A stretch of 64,000 nucleotides of DNA from Vicinamibacteria bacterium (GCA_963555995.3 OY821641.1:160001-224000), one strand, 5' to 3'; shown: positions 27,393 to 37,983, numbered from the stretch's first letter. The notes: generated by a model from the sequence alone, not told the origin. Numbers and translations: made by a program.

Positions 27393-27641
27393 ATGGATCC
27401 CATCGCCACGAACCCCCGCGCCCTGGGCCAGGCGATTCGCCGGCTGCGGCGCGAGCGCGGCATGACGCAGGCGGAACTCGCGGAAGCCTGCGTCTTGCGG
27501 CAGGCGACCGTCTCCGCCGCCGAGAACGGCGCCCCGGGAACGCGTTTGGACACGCTCTTCCGCCTGCTCGCGGTGCTCGGGCAGGCGGTCGTCCTCCGCG
27601 ACCGCGTGCGCCTGCTCGCGGATCGGGGCGGCGTCGAATGA
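27393..27641 (+). CDS. hipB: HipB-like XRE antitoxin
   Basis: LGQAIRRLR...TQAELA...QATVSAAENG...LDTLF. Confidence 0.87.
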   Translation: MDPIATNPRALGQAIRRLRRERGMTQAELAEACVLRQATVSAAENGAPGTRLDTLFRLLAVLGQAVVLRDRVRLLADRGGVE

Positions 27642-27663
27642 CTCGGCTGAGGGCGCCGGCGGC

Positions 27664-28962
27664 GTGACCTCTCGGGTGCGGATTCTCGGCCTCTTCGAAA
27701 ACGGCCGCCGCCTTGGCAGACTCCTCCGGACCTCGTCCGGGCTGTCGCTGGAATACGACCCCGAGTGGCTTTCGTGGGATGGCGCGACGCCGGTGTCGCT
27801 CTCGCTGCCGCTGGGCCCCGCGGCACATCGGGGAGAGCGGGTGCTCCGCTTCCTCGACAACCTCCTTCCGGATTCCGAGGGAATGCGAGCCCGGTTGGCG
27901 TCGCGCGTGGACGCGCCGGACACCCATCCGTTCACGCTGCTGGAGTGTCTGGGCCGATGCTCCGCCGGCGCGCTGACCTTCGTTCCCGACGGGGAGGACC
28001 CGGGCGCGGCAGGCGCCGCGTCGGGGCGGCCGTTGTCCGATGCGGAGGTCGGAACGCTGCTCGCGCAACTCGACCGGCGCCCCCTTGGAGTCGGCCCGCG
28101 CTTTCGCATCTCGCTCGCGGGGGCGCAGCGCAAGACCGCCCTCCTGTTGCAGGACGGCGTTTGGCGCCTACCCCTCGGGTTCACGCCGACGACCCACATC
28201 CTGAAGCCGCAGACCGGCTCGGTGATGGGGGTGGACTTCAGCCGAAGCGTCGAGAACGAGTTCCTCTGCCTGAGGCTGGCCTCGGCGTTCGGGCTCGCGG
28301 TGGCGCGAGCCCGGATCGCGGACTTTGCGGAAGCGCGCGCCCTCGTGGTGGAGCGTTTCGACCGGCGCTGGACGGAGGATGGACGGCTGCTGCGAATACC
28401 GCACGAGGACTGCGCCCAGGCGCTCGGCGTCCCGACCCGGCGGAAATACGAGATGGACGGGGGACCGGGGTTCGGGGAGCTGCTGGGTCTGCTGGAAGGA
28501 TCGGTGCATCCGGACGCCGACCGGCGCAGTTTCCTGCGCGCGCAGATCGTTTTCTGGCTGCTCGCGGCGGTGGACGGCCACGCCAAGAACTACAGCCTCC
28601 GGCTGCTCCCCGCGGGACAGTTCCGGCTGGCGCCGCTCTACGACATCGTCTCGGTGCAGCCGGGCCTCTCCCGCGGGGAGCTCCCGGCGGACGACGCGAT
28701 GATGTCGCTCGCGGTCGGGGATGCGGGCCTCCGGGGGCCGGACGACATCGGGCCGGAACACTTCTTCCAGAGCGCGAAGGCGGCCGGGGTTCCCGCGCGC
28801 GTTGTTCAGCGAATCTTCGCGGAACTGATCGAAACCCGGGCCGGGGCCTTCGAGGCCGTCCGCGCGAGCCTGCCGGAGGACTTCCCGCGAGCGATGGAGG
28901 CTGCCATCTTCGGTGCCGTCACCGGCCACCTGCACCGGATCGAGCGCTATCTGGCCGGATGA
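27664..28962 (+). CDS. hipA: HipA family Ser/Thr kinase toxin
   Basis: SLSLP, DNLLPD, ISLAGAQRK, THILKP, ERFDR, DGHAKNYS, LAPLYD. Confidence 0.95.
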   Translation: MTSRVRILGLFENGRRLGRLLRTSSGLSLEYDPEWLSWDGATPVSLSLPLGPAAHRGERVLRFLDNLLPDSEGMRARLASRVDAPDTHPFTLLECLGRCSAGALTFVPDGEDPGAAGAASGRPLSDAEVGTLLAQLDRRPLGVGPRFRISLAGAQRKTALLLQDGVWRLPLGFTPTTHILKPQTGSVMGVDFSRSVENEFLCLRLASAFGLAVARARIADFAEARALVVERFDRRWTEDGRLLRIPHEDCAQALGVPTRRKYEMDGGPGFGELLGLLEGSVHPDADRRSFLRAQIVFWLLAAVDGHAKNYSLRLLPAGQFRLAPLYDIVSVQPGLSRGELPADDAMMSLAVGDAGLRGPDDIGPEHFFQSAKAAGVPARVVQRIFAELIETRAGAFEAVRASLPEDFPRAMEAAIFGAVTGHLHRIERYLAG

Positions 28963-29070
28963 GGGGGAACCGCCCGCGGCGCCGCGCCGCTGTGCCGGCT
29001 GAAGCCGGCCCGGTTGCCATGAAAATGCGGTTCCGGCGCGACGTCAACCAGCGCGAGTGGCGACGCCGGC

Positions 29071-29234
29071 TGGGAACGCCGGTCTTCAGACCGGCACCGC
29101 GGGCCGGAGGCCCGCGGATGTCGTGCCGGTGTTCACGGTGATGATCCGAGAGCCGAGCGCCATCGCATGCGGAAGCGTTTTTCCGTGCGCTGCGCTGTCG
29201 CGCAGCGCGTGCCGGTCTGAAGACCGGCGTTCCC
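29071..29234. repeat. Inverted pair of REP-like hairpins (extra single unit near 28993)
   Basis: GGGAACGCCGGTCTTCAGACCGGCAC ... GTGCCGGTCTGAAGACCGGCGTTCCC. Confidence 0.85.
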
Positions 29235-29342
29235 GGCTGCCTCCGCCATTTTCATGACCGGCGGGGTGAGCGGGAGGATAGGCGCATGAGCGTTTCTCCC
29301 GGTGGGGGCTCCAAGCCGTTTCCGCCATCTCCCGCTGGTCCC

Positions 29343-30743
29343 CTAACGCACGGCGTGGCGGGCGACGACCGTGGCGACCGCTTCGGTGAGGCGCTTGGCG
29401 TAGGCGATCTCGAGGAACTCGTTCGGTCCGTGGGCGTTCGAGTTCGGGCCGAGCACGCCGGTGATGACGAACTGCGCCTCGGGGAACTGCTCGCCGAGCA
29501 TGCCCATGAAGGGGATCGAACCGCCCTCGCCCATGTACATGGCCGGCTTGCCGTAGGCGCCCATCGAGGCGTCGTGGAGGGCGTCGCCGAGCCAGGGCGC
29601 GAGCGCCGGGGCGGACCAGCCCTGCGCGGGCTCGTGGAAGTGCAGGGTGACCTTGGCGCCGTAGGGCGGGTCGGGTTCGACGACTTCCCGGATCGCATTC
29701 TGGGCGGCGACCGGGTCCACCGTGGGCGGCAGGCGGAACGAGAGATTCAGGGTGACCTGGGGGAGGAGGACGTTTCCGGCCTTCTCCAGCGAGGGCAGCC
29801 CACCCGCTCCGGTGACCGCGAGGTTCGGCCGCCAGGTGCGGTTCAGGACGAGTTCGCTGGTCGGGATTCCGGGCCGGCCGGTGTTCCCGGCCCAGGGAAA
29901 GCGGGTGAAGGTGTCCGGTCCCAGGGTCTCGGCCGCGGCCTCCGCCTGCGCCACCCGCTCGGCGGGGATCTCGGCGTGGAGCGCCTCCGGGATGATGCGG
30001 TCGGTGGCCGGATCTTCGAGCCGGTCGAGCAGCTTGCGCAGGATCAGGAAGGGTGGGGGGACCACCCCGCCGGCGTCGCCCGAGTGGACGCCCTCGGTGA
30101 GGACCTCGGCCTGCAGGGTGCCGCCGACCATGCCGCGGAGCGAGGTGGTGGACCAGAGCTGGTCGTAGTTGCCGGCGCCCGAATCGAGGCAGATCACGAG
30201 GTCGGGGCTGCCGATGACGTCGGCGAAGGACTCCATGTAGGCGGGCAGGTCCGGGGAACCGCTCTCCTCGGAGAACTCGACGAGCAGGACCACCCGCGCC
30301 CGCTTCTTCCCCTCGCGGCGCACCGCTTCGAGCGCGGCGAGCGCGCAGTAGAGCGCGTAGCCGTCGTCGGCGCCGCCCCGGCCGTAGAGCCTGTCGCCCT
30401 CGCGGACCGGGGTCCAGGGGCCGAGCCCCTCGCGCCAGCCGACCATCTCGGGCTGCTTGTCGAGGTGGCCGTACATCAGGATCGTGCCGTCGGCCTCGCC
30501 CGGGCAGTCGAGCAGCAGCAGGGGCGTCCTTCCCGGAATCCGTCCCACGTGGAGGGTCGCGTCGTCCGGGGCGTGCTTCTCCATGAACGCCTTGCCCATC
30601 TGGAGCGCGTCCTCCATGTGGCCGTTCGCCTCCCAGTCCGGGTCGAACAGCACCGAGACGTTCGGGACGGCGACGTAGTCGGTGAGGGAGGGGAGGATCT
30701 CGTCCTCCCAGAAACGGTCCAGGAACTCGCGGGTATCGGTCAT
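29343..30743 (-). CDS. M20 family dipeptidase
   Basis: YGHLDKQP, GRGGADDG, EESGS, GGSIPF, NAHGPNE. Confidence 0.93.
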   Translation of the reverse strand: MTDTREFLDRFWEDEILPSLTDYVAVPNVSVLFDPDWEANGHMEDALQMGKAFMEKHAPDDATLHVGRIPGRTPLLLLDCPGEADGTILMYGHLDKQPEMVGWREGLGPWTPVREGDRLYGRGGADDGYALYCALAALEAVRREGKKRARVVLLVEFSEESGSPDLPAYMESFADVIGSPDLVICLDSGAGNYDQLWSTTSLRGMVGGTLQAEVLTEGVHSGDAGGVVPPPFLILRKLLDRLEDPATDRIIPEALHAEIPAERVAQAEAAAETLGPDTFTRFPWAGNTGRPGIPTSELVLNRTWRPNLAVTGAGGLPSLEKAGNVLLPQVTLNLSFRLPPTVDPVAAQNAIREVVEPDPPYGAKVTLHFHEPAQGWSAPALAPWLGDALHDASMGAYGKPAMYMGEGGSIPFMGMLGEQFPEAQFVITGVLGPNSNAHGPNEFLEIAYAKRLTEAVATVVARHAVR

Positions 30744-30775
30744 GGCCGGCGATTGTAGGACGCGAACGGAGCGCC

Positions 30776-30948
30776 GGGAGCGCCGGTCTTCAGACCGGCA
30801 CCGCCCGCGCAGCGGGCGAACCTCCTATCGTTTCGTCTGCCGTATGGCGCCGCGTCACACGGGATGGCGTTACGCCATGCGGAAGAGTGGCGGTGGGAGT
30901 TTCGCTGCCCTGGCGGGCAGCGGTGCCGGTCTGAAGACCGGCGCTCCC
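30776..30948. repeat. Inverted pair of REP-like hairpins
   Basis: GGGAGCGCCGGTCTTCAGACCGGCAC ... GTGCCGGTCTGAAGACCGGCGCTCCC. Confidence 0.85.
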
Positions 30949-30986
30949 ACGCCCGCTCCGGTAGAGTGGCCAGCGCCCGAAAAGCA

Positions 30987-31475
30987 ATGCAGGGCCTGAT
31001 GAACCGCCTCTGGCGAACGCTCGAGACCGGCGCGGCGCTCGCCCTCGGGCTGATGGCGGCGCTGGTGATCTACCAGGTGGGGGCGCGCTACCTGTTCGGC
31101 AGCCCGCCGAGCTGGACCGAGGAACTCGCGCGCTTCCTGCAGGTGTGGCTGGTGCTGCTGGCGTCCCCGATCTGCGTGCGGCGCGGGATGCACCTCGCGG
31201 TGGACTACGTGACGCCCCGCCTGCGGCCGGGCGCGGCGGTGGCGTTGCGGACCGGGGTCCTGATGATCTCGGCGCTGTTCTGCCTGGGCCTCGCCTTCTA
31301 CGGGACGCGGCTGCTGGCGGTCGCGGCCTTCCAGACCTCGCCGGCGCTCGGGATCTCGATGGTCTGGCCGTACCTGGCGGTGCCGGTCAGCGGGGTGCTG
31401 ATGGCGGTGGCGGCGGGGGTGCTGATCGTTTCGGGACTCCGGGGCGGGGCCGACCACAAGGATGACGAGACGTGA
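30987..31475 (+). CDS. dctQ: TRAP transporter small permease
   Basis: QVGARY, WTEELARF, HLAVD, QTSPALGI. Confidence 0.9.
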   Translation: MQGLMNRLWRTLETGAALALGLMAALVIYQVGARYLFGSPPSWTEELARFLQVWLVLLASPICVRRGMHLAVDYVTPRLRPGAAVALRTGVLMISALFCLGLAFYGTRLLAVAAFQTSPALGISMVWPYLAVPVSGVLMAVAAGVLIVSGLRGGADHKDDET

Positions 31476-32755
31476 TCCCGGCACTCCTCGTCACCCTCGC
31501 GCTCCTGCTCCTGCTCGGGGTGCCGGTCGCCTTCGCGATCGGGCTGAGCGGCATGGCGGCGCTCGTCGCCGACGGCCAGATCCCCTTCGAGATCATCCCG
31601 CAGCGCGCCTTCGCGGCGCTGAACTCCTGGGCGCTGATGGCGGTGCCGCTCTTCATCTTCGCCGGGGAACTCATGAACGCGTGCGGGATCTCCCGGCGCA
31701 CGGTCGAGGTGGTGGGACGGCTGCGAGGCGGGCTCCCCATCGTCTCGGTGATCTCGTCCATGTTCTTCGCGAGCATCTCGGGCAGTTCCAGCGCCAGCAC
31801 CGCGGCGGTGGGCTCCATGATGATCCCGGCGATGCGGGAGCGCGGGTATCCCACCGGCTTCGCCACCGCGCTCCAGGCGGCGGGCGGGGCAATCGGGCCG
31901 ATCATCCCGCCGAGCATCATCATGATCGTCATGGGCTACGTGACGGAGACCTCCATCGCGGCGCTCTTCGTGGGCGGCATCGTGCCCGGGTTCCTGATGG
32001 CGGCGGCGCTCATCGGGATCAACCTGCGGCGTTCGCGCCGCTACGAGGCGGCGTTCGCCGCCTCCGAGGGCGCGCCGCCCGCCCCGGACGGCTCCCTCGG
32101 CCGGGCGCTCCTCGGGGCGCTCCCGGCACTCGGGATGCCGGTGGTGGTGCTCGGCGGCATCCTGGCCGGGATCTTCACCGCCACCGAGGCCGCCGGGGTG
32201 GCGGTCGCCTACGGTCTCGCGGTGGGGTTCTTCATCTACCGGGAACTCCGTCTCCGGGACCTGCGCCCGCTGCTGGTGAGCGCGGCGCTCCGCTCCTGCG
32301 TCGTGCTCTTCGTCGCCACCAGCGCCTTCCTGCTCGCCTGGATCATCGCGGTGGGCCGGGTTCCCGACCAGGTCGGAGGACAGGTAGAGGCCCTCGCCGG
32401 CGGCCAGCTCTCCTTCCTGATCGTCTGCAACATCATCCTGATCGTGGTGGGCATGTTCATGGAGAGCATCTCGGCCATCATCGTGATCATGCCCATCCTG
32501 TTTCCGCTGGCGCTCCAGATGGGGGTGGACCCGATCCACTTCGGGGTGCTGGCCTCGGTGAACCTCTGCATCGGCATGGTGACGCCGCCCTACGGGGCGA
32601 CCCTGTTCGTCGCCTGCACCATCGCGAAGCGGAGCATCAGCGACATCGCGGGCTGGACGGTGCGTCCGGTGCTCGCCATGGTGGCGGTGCTGGTGCTGAT
32701 GACCGTCTTCCCGGACGCCGTGACGATCCTGCCGCGCTGGCTGGGAATGCTGTGA
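31472..32755 (+). CDS. dctM: TRAP transporter large permease
   Basis: LMAVPLFIFAGELM, IIPPSI, FTATEA, DPIHFG, TPPYG. Confidence 0.95.
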   Translation: MIPALLVTLALLLLLGVPVAFAIGLSGMAALVADGQIPFEIIPQRAFAALNSWALMAVPLFIFAGELMNACGISRRTVEVVGRLRGGLPIVSVISSMFFASISGSSSASTAAVGSMMIPAMRERGYPTGFATALQAAGGAIGPIIPPSIIMIVMGYVTETSIAALFVGGIVPGFLMAAALIGINLRRSRRYEAAFAASEGAPPAPDGSLGRALLGALPALGMPVVVLGGILAGIFTATEAAGVAVAYGLAVGFFIYRELRLRDLRPLLVSAALRSCVVLFVATSAFLLAWIIAVGRVPDQVGGQVEALAGGQLSFLIVCNIILIVVGMFMESISAIIVIMPILFPLALQMGVDPIHFGVLASVNLCIGMVTPPYGATLFVACTIAKRSISDIAGWTVRPVLAMVAVLVLMTVFPDAVTILPRWLGML

Positions 32756-33747
32756 CGTTGCGCCCGCTCCTCGCCGTCGTCGCCGCTGTTGCTCTCGTCG
32801 CCGGGTGCGCGCCGCCGGAAGAGCGCCGGATCACGATCAAGGCCAGCACCAGCACCGCCGCGAACGAACCGGCGGTGAAGGGACTCGAGGTCTTCGCGCG
32901 CGAGATCGACACGGCGACCGGCGGCCGCATCGCGGTGGAGATCTACCCGAACAACGCCCTCGGAAACGAACGGGACGTCATCGAGCTGACGATCATCGGG
33001 GCGGTGGAACTGACGACGCCCTCGAACGCGCCGCTCGCCACCTTCGCGCCGGAGCTGCTGGTGTTCGACCTGCCCTACCTGTTCCGGGACCGCCCGCACA
33101 TGTACGAGGTGCTCGACGGTCCCATCGGGCGGCGTTTCGAGGGGCCGCTCGCCGAGCGGGGGCTGGTGCTGCTCGGCTACTTCGAGGCGGGTCTCCGCCA
33201 CGTGATGACCCGGGACCGGCCGGTCGAGCGGACCGAGGACCTTGCCGGGCTGAAGATCCGGACCATGGAGAACCCGCTCCACCTGCGGGCGTTCGCCGCG
33301 TTCGGGGCCAACCCGCTGCCGATGGCCTACGGGGAGGTCTATACCGCGCTGGAGCAGGGCGTGATTGACGGCGCCGAGGCCGCCCGTTCGAACTACTTCT
33401 CGAAGCGCTTCTTCGAGGTGGCCCCCAACTGGTCCGAGATCGGCTGGATGTACCTGGTGCAGCCGCTGGTGATGAGCCAGCGGTTCTTCGCGTCGCTGTC
33501 GCCGGAGGATCAGGCAGCGGTGCGCGCGGCGGCCCGGAAGGCGGTGGACGCGGAGCGCGAGGAGTACCAGCGGCAGGATGCGGAGGCGCGGGCGAAGCTC
33601 GAGGCGGCGGGCGTCCGTTTCACCCACCCGGAGACCGGGGCGCTGTTGGGGTTGGCGCGCGAGGTCTGGCGGAACGCCGCAGGAGACGTGGACCTGGCGC
33701 TCGTCGAGGCCATCACGGGGCACGACGTGGCGAACGAAGCGCCGTAG
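32752..33747 (+). CDS. dctP: TRAP substrate-binding lipoprotein
   Basis: GTG overlapping dctM stop; LVAGC lipobox, DLPYLF, GLKIRTM, EVYTALEQGVIDG. Confidence 0.92.
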   Translation: MTLRPLLAVVAAVALVAGCAPPEERRITIKASTSTAANEPAVKGLEVFAREIDTATGGRIAVEIYPNNALGNERDVIELTIIGAVELTTPSNAPLATFAPELLVFDLPYLFRDRPHMYEVLDGPIGRRFEGPLAERGLVLLGYFEAGLRHVMTRDRPVERTEDLAGLKIRTMENPLHLRAFAAFGANPLPMAYGEVYTALEQGVIDGAEAARSNYFSKRFFEVAPNWSEIGWMYLVQPLVMSQRFFASLSPEDQAAVRAAARKAVDAEREEYQRQDAEARAKLEAAGVRFTHPETGALLGLAREVWRNAAGDVDLALVEAITGHDVANEAP

Positions 33748-33754
33748 CTTCGTC

Positions 33755-34945
33755 ATGGATTCCCGCCGCGCGCTGGAATTGGCGGAGGGCTCGCGCGGTG
33801 AACTGCTCGCGCTCCTCGAAGAACTGATCGCGGCGCCAAGTCCGTACGGAAGCTCGGGGAGGGAGGCGCAGGATCGGCTCGGGGAGTATCTGGACCGGAG
33901 CGGCTTCGCCGTCGAGACCCGCGAAGACGCCTGGGAACCCTTCCGCGGCCACCCGGAGTTCAGTCCGCCGCCCGCAGCAGCCGAGCCGCCCGTGAACCTG
34001 CTCGCGGAGCCTCCGGAGTCCTCGGGCCTCACGTTCTTCGCCCACGTGGACACCGAGGCCCCGTCTTCCGGCTGGACCTCGCCACCCACCGAAGCCACGG
34101 TGCGCGACGGACGCGTTCACGGGCTGGGGGCGGCGGACGACAAGGGCGGGCTCGCCGCGGCGGCGGTGGCCGCGGCGGTCCTCGCGCGAGAATCGCGGAA
34201 AGCGCCCCGGGTCGTCAGCGTCCACGGCAAGGGCGGCGGGGCGCGCGGCACGCTGCCGGTGTTCGCCGGGATGGAGCCCGCCGACTCCCTCTACGTCCAT
34301 CCGCCGGAGAACGGGGCGGGCCTCGACGTGCTCAAGAGCGCGAGCCGGGGCGTCGTGGACGTGCATCTCCGGGTCACCGGCTGGCCCGGACGGCCGCGGG
34401 AGATCGGGACCCCGGAGAGCGCCCCGTTCGCGGAGGGCGGCGACGCCCTCGCGGCCTGCCTGCGGCTGGTCGAGGGCCTGCGCCGGGGCGAGCTGTCCGA
34501 CTGCGAGCTGAACCTCGGGCGCGTGGCGGCCGGGGAGGCGGCGGGCCGGACGCCGGTCCGCTGCGAGGCCGGGATTCGGGTGCTCTTCCGCGGGGAAAGG
34601 ACGGTGGACGGCGTGCTGGACGCTTTCCGCCGCGCCGCCGGGGAGGATCGGTTCCGGTACGAAACCGGGCCCGCCGGAATCCGGGCCAACCCCGCCCGAA
34701 CCCCGTGGGACGGCCCGCTCTCCCGCGGCCTCCGTGCGGCGGTCGCCGAAGTCACCGCCCGGCAACCGGCCGAGTACGGCGATCACCTCGCGAGCGACAT
34801 CCGTTTCCCGATCCGGCTCTGGGGGGCGCCTTCGCTCGGAGTCGGCTCCTTCGGTGGAAACTTCTACGGCCCCGACGAGTGGGTGGACCTCGACGACCTG
34901 GTCCGCCTGGTCGCGGTACTCATGCTCTTCGGAGCGCGCCGCTGA
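33755..34945 (+). CDS. M20/ArgE-like amidohydrolase, divergent
   Basis: FFAHVDT, GLGAADDKGG, GPDEWVD; the usual EE and terminal His motifs look altered. Confidence 0.75.
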   Translation: MDSRRALELAEGSRGELLALLEELIAAPSPYGSSGREAQDRLGEYLDRSGFAVETREDAWEPFRGHPEFSPPPAAAEPPVNLLAEPPESSGLTFFAHVDTEAPSSGWTSPPTEATVRDGRVHGLGAADDKGGLAAAAVAAAVLARESRKAPRVVSVHGKGGGARGTLPVFAGMEPADSLYVHPPENGAGLDVLKSASRGVVDVHLRVTGWPGRPREIGTPESAPFAEGGDALAACLRLVEGLRRGELSDCELNLGRVAAGEAAGRTPVRCEAGIRVLFRGERTVDGVLDAFRRAAGEDRFRYETGPAGIRANPARTPWDGPLSRGLRAAVAEVTARQPAEYGDHLASDIRFPIRLWGAPSLGVGSFGGNFYGPDEWVDLDDLVRLVAVLMLFGARR

Positions 34946-34987
34946 CCCCGGTGCTCGAAACGCTCCTCCCTCCGGTGGCGGAACGGC

Positions 34988-35147
34988 TTGGAGCGCCGGC
35001 TTCAGCCGGCACCGCGGGCCGGAGGCCCGCGGATGTCTTGCGGCTGGTCGCGTTTGGTGGACCGAAGGCCGAACGCCGTCACGCGGACAGCGTCGTGCAG
35101 TCCGCTGCGCTCCGCGCAGCGGGTGCCGGCTGAAGCCGGCGTTCCAA
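34988..35147. repeat. Inverted pair of REP-like hairpins
   Basis: TTGGAGCGCCGGCTTCAGCCGGCAC ... GTGCCGGCTGAAGCCGGCGTTCCAA. Confidence 0.85.
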
Positions 35148-35167
35148 GGCGGAGCGTCGTCGCGCCC

Positions 35168-35977
35168 CTAACGCGTCGCGACCAGGAAGAGACGGGGGAA
35201 GGGATACACGGTCGAGCCGTCTGCGCGGCGTGGATACGCCTCACGCAGCCGTGCCCGGTACACCTGCAGGAAGCGCGCGAGGTGGGCGCCGGCCAGTCCG
35301 TTGAGGACGGGCCGGAGCCCGGTCGCCCGGACCCATTCGAGGACGGGGTCGTCGCCTTCGAGCCGGTGGAGGTACTCGGTCTCCCAGATGTCCAGTTCGG
35401 AAGTCTGCGGCGCGAGCAGATCGTAGTACGCCCCGGAATCGAGCACCCGGTTGCGTGCGGCGGCAGCCGCGAGCGCTTCGTCACCGAGCCGCGAGCCGCC
35501 GGCGCCGCCGTTCGCCAGGGTCTCGCACATGAGCACGTGCGACGGCTGGAGGTGGCTGAGCGGCATCTGCACCGCGAGGCGGCCGCCGGGGGCGAGGCAC
35601 CCGAGGAGCCGGGGAAAGAGTGACTCGTGGTCCTCCAGCCAATGCAGGGCGGCGTTGGAGTAGATGAGGTCGGGCGCGCGCTCCGGCGCCCAGTCCGCGA
35701 TGTCCCCGTGGACCCATTCGATGCGGCCCGGCCGGGCGGTGGCCCTGGCGAGCATCTTCGGGGATTGATCGAGTCCGACCACGCGGGCGCCGGAGAACCG
35801 GTCCGCGACGACCCGGGTGATGTTCCCCACGCCGCAGCCGAGGTCATAAACGAGCGACGGATCGGTGACCGGAACCCGGTTCAACAGCTCCAGAGCCGGA
35901 CGGAGGCGGTAGTCGCGGAACCTGTCGTACTGCGTCGGGTCCCAGTCGGCCCCCGCCGGCCGGCCCGGTTCCGGCAT
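35168..35977 (-). CDS. tam: Trans-aconitate 2-methyltransferase-like SAM methyltransferase
   Basis: WDPTQY..F...RLRPALELL, DLGCGVGN, SNAALHW, LAVQMP, TGLRP, YPFPRLF. Confidence 0.88.
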   Translation of the reverse strand: MPEPGRPAGADWDPTQYDRFRDYRLRPALELLNRVPVTDPSLVYDLGCGVGNITRVVADRFSGARVVGLDQSPKMLARATARPGRIEWVHGDIADWAPERAPDLIYSNAALHWLEDHESLFPRLLGCLAPGGRLAVQMPLSHLQPSHVLMCETLANGGAGGSRLGDEALAAAAARNRVLDSGAYYDLLAPQTSELDIWETEYLHRLEGDDPVLEWVRATGLRPVLNGLAGAHLARFLQVYRARLREAYPRRADGSTVYPFPRLFLVATR

Positions 35978-36468
35978 CACTCCGGCGTGGAAGCGAGCAC
36001 CACGTAGAGCGCGCCGCTCCCGCCGTCCTCGCGGCGCGCCTCGCCCCACGCGGCCACGAGTTCCGGTTTCCACCCGGTGAGCCACTCCGGGACGCGGCGC
36101 GCCAGCACCGGCTGGCCGCCTGCGGAGCCGTAGCCCTTGCCGTGGATCACGGTCACGAACCGGTCGCCCCGGACCCGGCGGGCGCGGAGGAAGTTCTCGA
36201 GCAGCCAGCGCGCCTCCTCCCGGGTCTTCTGGCGCAGGGAGATCGCGCAGTCGTCCCGCACCCGGCGCCGGCCGCTCTGGAGATCCCGGAGGAGCGCGTT
36301 CGCCGAGGGGAGCGGGGGAGCCGCCGAGACATCCCGAACGGCCCCGAGGAGTTCCGCCGGCGTCTCGGCAACCGCCCGCGCGAACTCGGCCCGATCGCGC
36401 TCCGTCGCGCCCCCCGCCGCGGGGAACTCCAGGAGGGGCGGCTTGCGTTTTCTCGATGGGTCAGGCAC
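35977..36468 (-). CDS. Smr domain protein
   Basis: VIHGKGYGS...VL and DGGSGALYVVL. Confidence 0.88.
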   Translation of the reverse strand: MPDPSRKRKPPLLEFPAAGGATERDRAEFARAVAETPAELLGAVRDVSAAPPLPSANALLRDLQSGRRRVRDDCAISLRQKTREEARWLLENFLRARRVRGDRFVTVIHGKGYGSAGGQPVLARRVPEWLTGWKPELVAAWGEARREDGGSGALYVVLASTPE

Positions 36469-36518
36469 GCATAGACTCCGAAAAGGCGACCGGCTCGGTT
36501 GCGACGGAGGGTAACGCC

Positions 36519-37946
36519 ATGAGGAAGTGGAGGAACGAGGGGCTCTTCGGCGCCGGATGCGCCGTCCTGCTCCTGCTGGCGCCCGGCGGTTGCGGGGCGC
36601 CGGCCGGGGATATGGACTCCCCGCCGTCCGGCGGCGCCGCCTACGGCATCCCGGACTCGAAGGAGCGGTTCGAGACCCAGCGGAACGCCATCGCCGAGAA
36701 GCTCCAGACCGCGCTCCTGCCGGCGATGCGGAACCACGGGATCGACATGTGGATCGTCATGGACCGGGAGAACAACGAGGAGCCGCTCCACGTCGAGCTC
36801 GGGGGCGGCTTCGCCGGGGTGCGCGGCGCCTTCATCTTCCACGACAACGGCTCGGACACCGTCGAGAAGCTCTACTACAGCTCGCACGAGCAGCCCGCCA
36901 ACTCGGTCATCAGCCAGATCTACGACGAGACCATCTACTACGGCTATTACCCGGAGGGGCTGACGCCGCACCTCCGGAAGGCGATCGAAGACCGGGACCC
37001 GCAGCGGATCGGGGTCAACACCTCGCACACGCTCCCCGAGGCGGACGGGCTGACGGTGGGCCTCCGGAACTACCTGGTGGACACCATCGGCCCCGAATAC
37101 GCGAGCCGCCTCGTCTCCGCCGAGCTGCTGGTCCGTGATTTCCGGCTGCAACGGACGCCAACGGAGACGGCGATCTACACCGGGCTCCTGGAGTGGACCG
37201 CCCGCTGGATGGAGGAGGCGCTCGCTGCGGAGAACATCACCATCGGGGTCACCACCGCGGAGGACGTCAACTGGTGGCTGCGCGACCGGGCGCTCGAGCT
37301 CGGGCTTACCGGCGGGGGCACCGTGCGGATCGTCCGGGAGGGGGATCTGCTTCCGATCCACGATCCCGACATCCCGATCGAGCGCGGCGACATCGTCGGG
37401 ATTGATGGCGGTCTGCGCTACCTCCAGTACGCGACCGACATCAAGCGCACGGCCTACATCCTGCGGCCCGGTGAGACGGAGATGCCCGAGAGCCTCCAGG
37501 AGATCTGGCGCACCACCCACGAGATCGGCGACTACTACGCGAGCCTGATGTTGCCGGGCGCCGTCGGTTCCGAGACCTGGTCGGCGATCAACGCCGAGAT
37601 GGCGAACCGCGGCTACCGGGCCGTTGGACCCGACGCCGGCGGCGACGCGGTCACCACCACGGAACCGGAGGTCGGGGTCTACGGCCACTCGGTCGGCAAC
37701 GTCGCGCACGACATCGGCGCCCGCATCGCGGACGACATCCCGTTCGCCTACGGCGACCGGGTGCGGTTCCCGCTCCAGGCGAGCGAGTGGGTCTCCATCG
37801 AGTTCCACGTGAGCATCCCGGTGCCCGCATGGGACGGCAAGACCTGGTACGCACGCTTCGAGGAGACCGCCCAGATCACCGGGGAGGGAGTGAAATGGCT
37901 GATTCCCACGCAGACGGAGCTGTTCCTGATCGAGCCGACGAACTGA
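36519..37946 (+). CDS. M24-family (Xaa-Pro peptidase-like) lipoprotein
   Basis: APGGC lipobox; DGG..TDIKRT, YGHSVG, SIEF, FEE metal ligands; GGAGG RBS. Confidence 0.8.
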   Translation: MRKWRNEGLFGAGCAVLLLLAPGGCGAPAGDMDSPPSGGAAYGIPDSKERFETQRNAIAEKLQTALLPAMRNHGIDMWIVMDRENNEEPLHVELGGGFAGVRGAFIFHDNGSDTVEKLYYSSHEQPANSVISQIYDETIYYGYYPEGLTPHLRKAIEDRDPQRIGVNTSHTLPEADGLTVGLRNYLVDTIGPEYASRLVSAELLVRDFRLQRTPTETAIYTGLLEWTARWMEEALAAENITIGVTTAEDVNWWLRDRALELGLTGGGTVRIVREGDLLPIHDPDIPIERGDIVGIDGGLRYLQYATDIKRTAYILRPGETEMPESLQEIWRTTHEIGDYYASLMLPGAVGSETWSAINAEMANRGYRAVGPDAGGDAVTTTEPEVGVYGHSVGNVAHDIGARIADDIPFAYGDRVRFPLQASEWVSIEFHVSIPVPAWDGKTWYARFEETAQITGEGVKWLIPTQTELFLIEPTN

Positions 37947-37983
37947 CACCGCTCCCGGCACGGCGCGCGACAATGGGTGGGAC

